Assembly: GCA_030704615.1 (NCBI GenBank)
Contig: CM060733.1
Coordinates: forward strand, 42,408,001-42,472,000
Reading direction: 5' to 3'
Origin: Takakia lepidozioides
Lineage: Eukaryota; Plantae; Bryophyta
DNA: 64,000 nt
In this document: positions 11,094 to 19,528 of the stretch, one piece after another
How positions within the stretch are numbered: the first letter of the stretch is position 1
Layout: every line of letters starts with the position of its first letter
Notes under the pieces: model-generated
What the model saw: only the letters and a program-made list of their open reading frames with translations
What the model was told of the DNA's origin: nothing
Database searches by the model: none
Program-made: the position numbers and the translations under genes

Positions 11094-13205
11094 TCATCCT
11101 ATCATTCTAGATTTAACTAGGAATGAACTCAGCTTTCGCGGATTCCTCCAACAAATCATCGCTCGAGGAAGAAACCGAAGCTCCGGGACTTGCTGAAGCA
11201 ACTCGTGGAGTCTAGGGTTTAGGGTGGCCCCCAAGTTCAAGGCTCGAGTGTACGAAGAGTAGTCGAGCTTAAGAACAAGGGGGGCCCGTTTACCCTCAAC
11301 TGCGCGTTGCGTCTGTTGGTCGAGTAGAGCGGATCTGAGGTCGTAGGAGATCTTGGTGAAGCAACTCCGGATGAACGCCGCCGGATAACCTCGGGCTCGA
11401 AGACGTTTGTAAAACAAAAGTCGCAAATGGTTGAACCCTTGGATGGTGCTTTCTCGTATTACGTACCGTTGGAGCTCGCCGATGACGAAAGCTTTCTTTT
11501 GGTGATGTGGATGCCACGAGGACCAAGGCAAGTATTGATACTTGTTCTGGGCCTTTTGATGACATCTCGTAGAGAGCCGTCGAGTTTGGATGAAGTCGTC
11601 TCCTTTGAGGAAGGTGATATCCAAGATGTCGGCGGACGTCGGGCTTATGGCGGTCGTGATTTTGATGCCATCGAACATGGAACCGTAGTTCCGTAACCAG
11701 GACCGGAGGCTCTTTTCGGAGCCTACCCAGATGCCAAAGCCGTCGTCGATATAGCGCTTAAGATAAAGCAGCTCTTGCTCCGATGGGCACACGTACTCCA
11801 TGTACATCTCCAACCGACAGAGGAACAAACAAGCGTAAACAACTGCAAAGTTGCTCCCCATGGCCGTCCCGCGAATTTGGTGCCAAAAACTACCATTGAA
11901 CTCAAGGTAATGGTGTTTCAAGACTAATCCAGCGAGGGTCATGATCAGGTCTTTTTTGTGTTTGGTGAAATTACCTCCAATAGCACATTCGAGCTCATAC
12001 AAGCCGAGCTCGGTGATGATGCTGGGATATAGAGATTCCACGTCAAACGTAAAAAGAAGAGCATGCGAGGGGACCTCGAGTTGGGAAACCTCTCGAAGAA
12101 GCGTGAGAGAATCAACCAAATGAGTGGGTTCCTTGAGAAGTACCGGAAGGAGTTGGTGATGGAGCCAAATTGAAGCATGCTCGAAGATGTAGTTGTTGTA
12201 GGAACAAATGGGTCTTCCAACAAGCACGGGTTTGTGCACCTTCGGAATGAAGTACAAAGCACAAGCTCGAAAGTCCGTGGACGACCGAGGGCGTTGGCGG
12301 ATGTAATTCCATTCTTTGGTGGAGATCGCAAACCTGTAGATTGGATGGCAAGCCAACACCTCCAACCTCGACCAAAGTTCTTCCCACGGTACGGAATCCA
12401 CGGGACGATAAACTTCGGTGTCTGAGAGTTGCCGCATCGCCTCTTGCATGTACCAAGACTTGTCCATAAGCACAAGACCAAGATTTTTGTCGGCCGGCTT
12501 GATGACAAGGTCCGGATCCGACCTCAATCTTTTGAGAGCAAGTCTCAAGTGTCTCGGCAGACAAGGTCGTGCATTGCGGGCGATTCGATCCAAACGGCTA
12601 GACAAAAGATCATTACCTTCTCGAATGATGGCCTCGAGCGGTTGAGATTCCACTGGCGGATTGAATGATGGATTCGGAACGCGCCAAAGAGGAACCTCGT
12701 CGTTGTCTTTGCCGGAGAAGAACGTTCGCAACCTCAAGCTTCGAGCAAAATTGTTGAATTCGGTGATGATTGAAGATCGGGAAGGGGGAAGAGGACGAGG
12801 AATGTAATTGAGACCAAGGCCCAGGAGTTGTCGCTCCGCAAAGGAGAGAACCCTCTTGCTATAGTTGTGGATAGCAGTGTTGGTGACCCTGCATTCCACT
12901 TGGGAGGGAGTCTTCCTAGCAAAGAGCAACAAAGCGTAAGCCTTCGGGTCTACGAGCGGGTACCAGAAGAGACTCCTCGTGCGCCCCCGTGTCTGTGAGG
13001 AGGTACGTATGGCCGCTTCATCTTCGTCATCGTGGTCGTCGCACCCTTTGCCGTGGCCGGTTTTCCGTTGACCCTCGCTGAAGGTTTTCGGCCTCCCGTA
13101 CCAGAGCCGGTTGTGCGGTTCGGGCCTGACCTCTTGTTGAAAGAGGTAGGTGACGCAGCAGAACGGGTGGAGACCCGGATACCTTTCTGCTGCTTGCCGT
13201 TTCCC
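11094..13205 (-). CDS. Penelope-like reverse transcriptase, endonuclease-lacking (frame extends upstream of the 12932 TTG to a -1 frameshift site)
   Basis: LLGLGLNYIP, KPADKNLG, PKVHKP...GRPICS, FTFDVESLYPSI, GTAMGSNFA, KRYIDDGF, YLPWSSWHP. The frame is open and conserved with family B up to 13205, with no in-frame ATG between 13205 and the 12932 TTG. Confidence 0.93.
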   Translation of the reverse strand, partial: GKRQAAERYPGLHPFCCVTYLFQQEVRPEPHNRLWYGRPKTFSEGQRKTGHGKGCDDHDDEDEAAIRTSSQTRGRTRSLFWYPLVDPKAYALLLFARKTPSQVECRVTNTAIHNYSKRVLSFAERQLLGLGLNYIPRPLPPSRSSIITEFNNFARSLRLRTFFSGKDNDEVPLWRVPNPSFNPPVESQPLEAIIREGNDLLSSRLDRIARNARPCLPRHLRLALKRLRSDPDLVIKPADKNLGLVLMDKSWYMQEAMRQLSDTEVYRPVDSVPWEELWSRLEVLACHPIYRFAISTKEWNYIRQRPRSSTDFRACALYFIPKVHKPVLVGRPICSYNNYIFEHASIWLHHQLLPVLLKEPTHLVDSLTLLREVSQLEVPSHALLFTFDVESLYPSIITELGLYELECAIGGNFTKHKKDLIMTLAGLVLKHHYLEFNGSFWHQIRGTAMGSNFAVVYACLFLCRLEMYMEYVCPSEQELLYLKRYIDDGFGIWVGSEKSLRSWLRNYGSMFDGIKITTAISPTSADILDITFLKGDDFIQTRRLSTRCHQKAQNKYQYLPWSSWHPHHQKKAFVIGELQRYVIRESTIQGFNHLRLLFYKRLRARGYPAAFIRSCFTKISYDLRSALLDQQTQRAVEGKRAPLVLKLDYSSYTRALNLGATLNPRLHELLQQVPELRFLPRAMICWRNPRKLSSFLVKSRMIG

Positions 13206-14002
13206 GACTTTCCGCCAGGATTCGCCTTAGGCTTACTAGCCGGTTTGGTCCCAAGCTTCTGGGCCTTAGGTTTCACCTGGATGGAATTCACCACCTTTTT
13301 CACCTCCTTGAGTACTTCCTTGACCACCTCGCGTTTCACGAGGGTAGCAATGGACGGTTCCACAGGGAGGGTCTCCGCTTCTTCCATAGCACCTTCCCGA
13401 GCAACGTTGCGAGCTGCGATAGCCGCGGCCTTGCTGACGTCGGAAAGTTGTTTGTGAATGAGAAATGCATCTACATGAGTAACGAAGAGATTGCTAAGAT
13501 GAAGATGCCACGACTCGATGGAAGACTTAGACTTGTCACCTATCAAATTTAAGGATCGTAAAGACGAAATCAAATCCGAGAGGCGAGTCTCAAAGACCGG
13601 TTTCGATTGCTCGAGCTTGTGGGTCAAGCTAGCAAGTCGAGATTCTTGGGCTTTGATGAGTGCTTCAAAGCACTTGATCCGATATGCGGTTGTGCATTCG
13701 GCCAGGCTCGCATCAAGGACGGATTGGGCCTCGGGATCTCCTATTTGAAGTTTAGGAGGACTCATTCTAAGGGAGTTGGGTATGGTGCCTTCTTCGAATT
13801 GCACTCGCAATTTTTGAAGGTACTTGGAAGTCTTTTCATGCTCATGCCTAAGACTTTTGAATTCCTTGACCGATGTATGCACAAATGCAAGCAAAGGGGG
13901 AGGAATGGAGATATCCATGCTAGAAGAAGTAGACGCGGATGCATGAGAAGGGCCGACGCCTAAGCTAGGACATGGACGTTTGTTACCTGCTAGTTCCGCC
14001 AT
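12950..14002 (-). CDS. PLE family A ORF1 (350 aa; helical/coiled-coil N-half, basic low-complexity C-tail; probable nucleic-acid-binding protein)
   Basis: Intact ATG ORF. Shares G.IP..LR/CR...PKL.I, RN.AR..AM..A..LP.EP.IA.LV..EV and GNG with family B ORF1. Confidence 0.85.
   Translation of the reverse strand: MAELAGNKRPCPSLGVGPSHASASTSSSMDISIPPPLLAFVHTSVKEFKSLRHEHEKTSKYLQKLRVQFEEGTIPNSLRMSPPKLQIGDPEAQSVLDASLAECTTAYRIKCFEALIKAQESRLASLTHKLEQSKPVFETRLSDLISSLRSLNLIGDKSKSSIESWHLHLSNLFVTHVDAFLIHKQLSDVSKAAAIAARNVAREGAMEEAETLPVEPSIATLVKREVVKEVLKEVKKVVNSIQVKPKAQKLGTKPASKPKANPGGKSGNGKQQKGIRVSTRSAASPTSFNKRSGPNRTTGSGTGGRKPSARVNGKPATAKGATTTMTKMKRPYVPPHRHGGARGVSSGTRS
13155..13205 (-). promoter_or_regulatory. 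-1 programmed ribosomal frameshift signal (G_GGA_AAC, 5-nt spacer, hairpin)
   Basis: Heptamer 13205-13199 in the ORF1 phase; stem GCAGCAGAA/TTCTGCTGC with inner CGGGT/ACCCG; the -1 frame is the RT frame. Confidence 0.8.
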
Positions 14003-14012
14003 GGAAAAAGGA

Positions 14013-14027
14013 GTTTAGGGTTTAGGG
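14013..14027 (-). promoter_or_regulatory. Element-encoded (CCCTAAA)2C just upstream of the ORF1 ATG; putative telomere-annealing/priming site
   Basis: A copies 2 and 3 begin at or within a few bases of this site after telomeric tracts (1775, 9977). Confidence 0.75.
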
Positions 14028-14317
14028 TGGTCAACAAAGGCTTGCAAAGATAACAAAACGTAGAAAAAATACTGGAAAAAGACATAGTAAATTTTAAGGG
14101 GGGCCGGTTAGGACCCAAATACAAATGCAATGGAAACCAAGACAAATGCATACAAAGTGCGCCTACCGTGCCTAAAGGGATGCTATAAGACTATTATGTC
14201 TTATGCAAGGACTCCCGCCCTCACGAGATAAGGTTCTCTAATTGAAGAATGAGGCACTTTCGCTCCAACCGTAAGCTTTTTTATGTTTGCTTCTCCTTGT
14301 TTAGCGACAAAAATCTT

Positions 14318-14346
14318 CTCACAAGTTTAGGGTTTAGGGTTTAGGG
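14318..14346 (+). repeat. CTCACAAG linker and (TTTAGGG)3
   Basis: Direct reading. Confidence 0.95.
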
Positions 14347-14817
14347 TCTACAAAAGAGTGGAAACAAATACATGTAGCAGTGCAACAGAGTTCGAACCGC
14401 GAATGCACCGGGTGCATTAGTAGCAAAGTGCAAACAAGTTTTTAGGGGGGCCAGTTATGGACACCTTAGAAAGCTTGTAGAAATATCTAGCCTGTGAATC
14501 AAAACTAAAAGAATCGATCCTGAGACACAAAACTAGAATAGAACAGAGTGGGAGTGATGTTGCAACGTTCTAAAGTGCAAATGCAAGTATATGCAAGAGG
14601 CAAGTGTGTGTGATGAAACTAATTCACTGTAAGGACAGGAGAATAGTAACCTATCTCTAAGAAAGAGAATAGACACACTAAAGAGCAGTCTTAGAAGGAG
14701 ATCTAACATGTAACACTCGAAAAGGAGTTTAAAACATGCACTACAATAGACACAAAGCAAATGAATGCAATGAACTATGCAGAAGATCAAATCTAAAACT
14801 CAACAACAACAACAACG
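14347..14817 (-). mobile_element. Family B pLTR segment, inverted relative to 17104-17573
   Basis: Reverse complement of 17104-17573; begins at the B CCCTAAAC site. Confidence 0.92.
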
Positions 14818-14820
14818 AGA

Positions 14821-16711
14821 GAAGAGGGCTCGCAAGCTCTTCTGGTGGCCGTTGAGGGATGTAGAAGGCTATAAGCTTTATCTTTTTTCCTGCAAGAGAG
14901 TCTCTCAGGCAGAGAACAGGTTAACCAACATGGCCATCCACAACATGGCCAATCGTCCACTCTCTTGTTTTGAAAAGAAGCTTTTAGGCCTAGGTTTGAG
15001 TTTTATTCCTCATCCTACTCCTCCTTCTCCCTCTTCTATTCTTGATGCTTATGACTCTTTGGCTCGATCTTTACGTCTTCGATATCACTTCAGGGATGCT
15101 AGAGATAGACCCATTCCTCCTTTCAGAGTTCCTCAACCTTCTTGGGATCAGTGTGTGCGACTTCCTGCTCTGGAAAGCATTATCATCGAGGGTCGCAACA
15201 TTGTAGAGACTCGGTTAAGGGAGGTGGCTCGCTCTGCCTACAGGTCTTCTATTCGAGGTCACCTCAAGACTGCGATACGCTGTCTGAGCAGAGATGAGTC
15301 CATCGTCATCAAGCCAGCAGACAAAAATCTTGGGTTGGTGATCATGCGGAAGGACTGGTATGTGGATGAGGCTCACCGCCAACTCCACGATGGACAAGTT
15401 TACGAATCCGTGGCAGAGATCCCATTTGACAATCTCACATATGGTTTGGATGCATTGCTCGCTTCCGCTCTCTTGTTTGGATTGATTGACAGGCAGACAA
15501 GGGACTTTTTGGCGCTCAAGCCCCAAGGGGGCTACCGACCCTGCATGTTTTATCTCGTGCCCAAAATGCACAAGCCCGTGGTGGTTGGGAGGCCGATTTG
15601 TTCATACAACGGATATGTTTTTGAGCACGCATCCAAGTGGTTGCATCACCATCTGTTTCCCATTCTGCTCGAGGAAGATAACCATTTGGTAGATTCTATA
15701 TCTTTGTTGAAAGATCTGTCGGATAGGCAACTTCCTGGCGACGTGCTTTTGTTCACCTTTGATGTGGAGTCATTGTATCCTAGCATTTCTACTGGGGACG
15801 GGCTTCGACGATTGAAGGAGATGATTGCCGGCAAGCTCAAGTCACCTCGGTTTGAAAGATTCGTCCTGAGTCTTTCTCGCATGGTGTTGGAGAATAACTA
15901 TCTTCAATTTGGCTCCAGCTATTGGCATCAGATCCGAGGCACGGCAATGGGTAGCAACTTTGCTGTTGTTTATGCTTGTCTCTTTCTTTGCAGCTTAGAA
16001 AGAGAGTTGGCTGGTGCTGGAGGAGGCATGTGGCCTCTATACTACAAGAGATACATCGATGATGGATTTGGAATTTGGGCAGGATCTCGGGCAAGTTTGG
16101 AGGCTTGGCTCGATGGATACAACTCTCTTAGTCCCACAATTCGGATTCAAAGGGTAATCTCTGAGTCTACGGTTGACATTCTTGATATTAAGTTCTTCAA
16201 GGGAGCTGATTTTGTCAACCATGGGATTTTATCTTCGAGATGTCATCAAAAGGCACTCAACAGATACCAGTATTTGCCATGGACCTCGTGTCATCCACGA
16301 CACCAAAAACGAGCATTCATCATTGGCGAATTACGACGTTACACTTTGAGGGAGAGCACACGCGCAGGTTTTTCTGAGATCAGGCAACTGTTCTATGAGC
16401 GACTGCGTGCTCGAGGCTATCCAAAGTCTTTTATCTTGGAGTGTTTTGTGCTTTGTGACTATGCACAACGTGCTACACTGTTGACTTCAGAGTCCACTCG
16501 TAAGTTGACGGGCAAGCGGGCCCCCTTGGTTTTGAAACTTGAGCATTCGCGTTATACTCAAGCTCTAAGCTTTGAGGGAGTCCTAAACCCTAAACTTCAT
16601 GAGGGCTTTTTGAAAGTTCCGCAGTTAGCGTCTTTTGACAGACCTATGGTATGTTGGAAGAGGGCACGGAACTTGCGTTCCTATCTAGTTCGTGCTATGT
16701 TACAAACCTAG
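14821..16711 (+). CDS. PLE family B reverse transcriptase (uninterrupted; native N-terminus lost at the inversion junction)
   Basis: KPADKNLG, PKMHKP...GRPICS, FTFDVESLYPSI, GTAMGSNFA, KRYIDDGF; no endonuclease domain. Confidence 0.93.
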
Positions 16712-17588
16712 AGGCTAGTTGTATTTGAGACATGCAGTTAGCTTCTAGTTTGGATGATTATCCATTTTGGAGAGAACATTAGGATGTTTTTCATCTAGAT
16801 TTTCATGCGTTGGATATTTCTCCCCTGCCGAGAAAACTTTGGATGTTTTTCATCTAAGTTTTCATGTGTTGGACGATCTCTCCAGCCAAGACAATTTGGA
16901 TGTTTTCCATCCATTAGGTATTTTCTCTCCCCCCGAGACAAGTTCACTTTCCGCAGTATATAAGCGGGGTGAGGGTGCACATTGTATCTCTTTTCCTTCT
17001 CTTTCCCACTGATGAGCTCACGCGCTGAGCGAAACTAGTTTGGGGATTATAGAGATTCGCTTTGCTGCATCTTGTGTTCTTGTCTCTTTGTCTCATTGGC
17101 GGCGTTGTTGTTGTTGTTGAGTTTTAGATTTGATCTTCTGCATAGTTCATTGCATTCATTTGCTTTGTGTCTATTGTAGTGCATGTTTTTAAACTCCTTT
17201 TCGAGTGTTACATGTTAGATCTCCTTCTAAGACTGCTCTTTAGTGTGTCTATTCTCTTTCTTAGAGATAGGTTACTATTCTCCTGTCCTTACAGTGAATT
17301 AGTTTCATCACACACACTTGCCTCTTGCATATACTTGCATTTGCACTTTAGAACGTTGCAACATCACTCCCACTCTGTTCTATTCTAGTTTTGTGTCTCA
17401 GGATCGATTCTTTTAGTTTTGATTCACAGGCTAGATATTTCTACAAGCTTTCTAAGGTGTCCATAACTGGCCCCCCTAAAACTTGTTTGCACTTTGCTAC
17501 TAATGCACCCGGTGCATTCGCGGTTCGAACTCTGTTGCACTGCTACATGTATTTGTTTCCACTCTTTTGTAGACCCTAAACATTTGTT
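16712..17588 (+). repeat. Family B pLTR / inter-ORF region (TATA 16956-16963, ribozyme, CCCTAAAC 17574-17581)
   Basis: Homologous to family C; partly repeated at 14347-14817 (inverted) and 44076-44397. Confidence 0.85.
17003..17046 (+). ncRNA. Minimal hammerhead ribozyme (family B)
   Basis: TTCCCA-CTGATGA-GCTCA CGCGC TGAGC-GAAAC TA GTT-TGGGGA. Confidence 0.9.
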
Positions 17589-19528
17589 ATGATGTTAGCT
17601 GCAACTTCTGAACCTTCTTCTTCCAAGCGTCCTAGGATAGAGATGAATAGTGATGGTGCTCCTGCAGAAGATCTACCGTCTTATTCGCCTCCAAGGGATT
17701 TATCTCCTACTCCAAGGCCGCAAGTTGGGATTTTTTTCAACCAGAATGATCATTCTCCAGACTTTGTGGATGCTATTCGCAAGTTGTTGGACAACTCTCT
17801 GGCGCAGTACAAGAAGGATTTCAAGAGACTTCAACGTCTCAAGGCAACTTCCGACAAACTCAGATCTCAAAAAGCTGCCGGTGAAATTCCTCATGCTTGT
17901 AGAGTTGCTTGTCCGAAGTTGGTCATCTCTTCTGCCTCTGTCCAGACGTCTTTGGATGCTACTGTCCTAGCAGCCACTGTTGCTTACCATTCAGCTTTGC
18001 AAACAGCTTTTATTCAAGCTCATTCCGATCTGGTACAAGAAGCTGAAGCTGTTTTGAGCAAATCCTCTGATGTTTTCATTGCTCGACTCAGGGAGATCAA
18101 CTTGCATGTGTGTATCTTCTTGCACTGACCAGATTCAGGATTCTTCTTGGCTCTTTGATGAGCTTGACTTTGTGTGCACTCAAGCCACTACAGCTTGGTA
18201 TGCCGGAATTTCTTGCTTTCGCGCCAACCACAACCTCGGTACTGCAGTGAGGGATAAGGCGTTACATGAAAGGAACCAAGCTAGAGATCAGGCCATGGCA
18301 GATGCTGATGTTCTTCTACTGAGCCTACCATTGCCGAGCTAGTAAGGAAAGAGGTGCAGAAACAACTTTCCCACTCACGAAAGAAAACTTCTCTCTCTCC
18401 TACTCGCCTAAGCAACATCAACGAGCGCGTTCTTCCTCTCCTAACCACAAGAGGCGACAACAGCGTGGCCGCTCACCTGCTCGACGAGTCTCCAAGACTC
18501 AACCTACCAGCCGAGGCACTTCAGCAAATGCCAAGGTACCTTCCTCCAAGGCAAACTCTTCAAAGCAGCAGGGAAATGGCCAACAGCGGAATGGGACTGC
18601 TCGCACCCATTTCGCTGCATCGCGTTCATCTTCTCCGAGCAAATCCGCCCTACGTTCTCAGACCCGTTCTGGTTCTGGACAACAAAAGTCGGGGCAAAAC
18701 CAACAATAGAAGCTCAAGAAGAAGGTCACATGGGCAGATCCAAGCCGAAGAGAGCTCGCAAGCTCTTCTGGTGGCCGTTGAGGGATGTAGAAGGCTATAA
18801 GCTTTATCTTTTTTCTTGCAAGAGAGTCTCTCAGGCAGAGAACAGGTTAACCAACATGGCCATCCACAACATGGCCAATCGTCCACTCTCTTGTTTTGAA
18901 AAAAGCTTTTAGGCCTAGGTTTGAGTTTTATTCCTCATCCTACTCCTCCCTTCTCCCTCTTCTATTCTTGATGCTTATGACTCTTTGGCTCGATCTTTAC
19001 GTCTTCGATATCACTTCAGGGATGCTAGAGATAGACCCATTCCTCCTTTCAGAGTTCCTCAACCTTCTTGGGATCAGTGTGTGCGACTTCCTGCTCTGGA
19101 AAGCATTATCATCGAGGGTCGCAAATTGTAGAGACTCGGTTAAGGGAGGTGGCTCGCTCTGCCTACAGGTCTTCTATTCGAGGTCACCTCAAGACTGCGA
19201 TACGCTGTCTGAGCAGAGATGAGTCCATCGTCATCAAGCCAGCAGACAAAAATCTTGGGTTGGTGATCATGCGGAAGGACTGGTATGTGGATGAGGCTCA
19301 CCGCCAACTCCACGATGGACAAGTTTACGAATCCGTGGCAGAGATCCCATTTGACAATCTCACATATGGTTTGGATGCATTGCTCGCTTCCGCTCTCTTG
19401 TTTGGATTGATTGACAGGCAGACAAGGGACTTTTTGGCGCTCAAGCCCCAAGGGGGCTACCGACCCTGCATGTTTTATCTCGTGCCCAAAATGCACAAGC
19501 CCGTGGTGGTTGGGAGGCCGATTTGTTC
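17589..19528 (+). pseudogene. Second tandem family B unit: frameshifted ORF1 and RT N-terminal part, cut at 19528
   Basis: ORF1 pieces match the intact 44398 ORF; 18747-19528 repeats 14821-15603 with indels. Confidence 0.9.
18571..18617 (+). promoter_or_regulatory. -1 frameshift signal of family B (G_GGA_AAU, 6-nt spacer, 12-bp hairpin)
   Basis: GGGAAAT at 18571-18577; CAGCGGAATGGG/CCCATTTCGCTG; the -1 frame is open into RT (RARKLFWWPL). Same heptamer in ORF1 phase at 45384-45390. Confidence 0.8.

Larger units (their letters stand above)
9977..14320 (-). mobile_element. PLE family A copy 3, coding-complete (partial 5' pLTR, ORF1, RT, 3' pLTR)
   Basis: Two uninterrupted ORFs; terminal direct repeat 14028-14320 versus 9977-10265; no GIY-YIG endonuclease after the RT. 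Confidence 0.95.

Noticed and set aside
11094-12932. RT read as telomerase TERT, LINE or group II intron RT
   Set aside because: ADKN motif, size, ORF1 partner, pLTRs and hammerheads fit Penelope-like elements; no introns, TERT T motif or APE domain seen.
1631-14346. Repeat-spacer pattern as a CRISPR-like array
   Set aside because: The repeats are plant telomere units of variable number and the spacers are retroelement pieces; eukaryotic context with no cas genes.
14777-14820. MQKIKSKTQQQQQ N-terminus of the 644-aa ORF
   Set aside because: Comes from the inverted pLTR across the junction; the native upstream sequence is at 18571-18750.
17520-17535. GGTTCGAACTC as a tRNA/SINE B-box in the B pLTR
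   Set aside because: No A-box or cloverleaf, and not conserved in the homologous C region.
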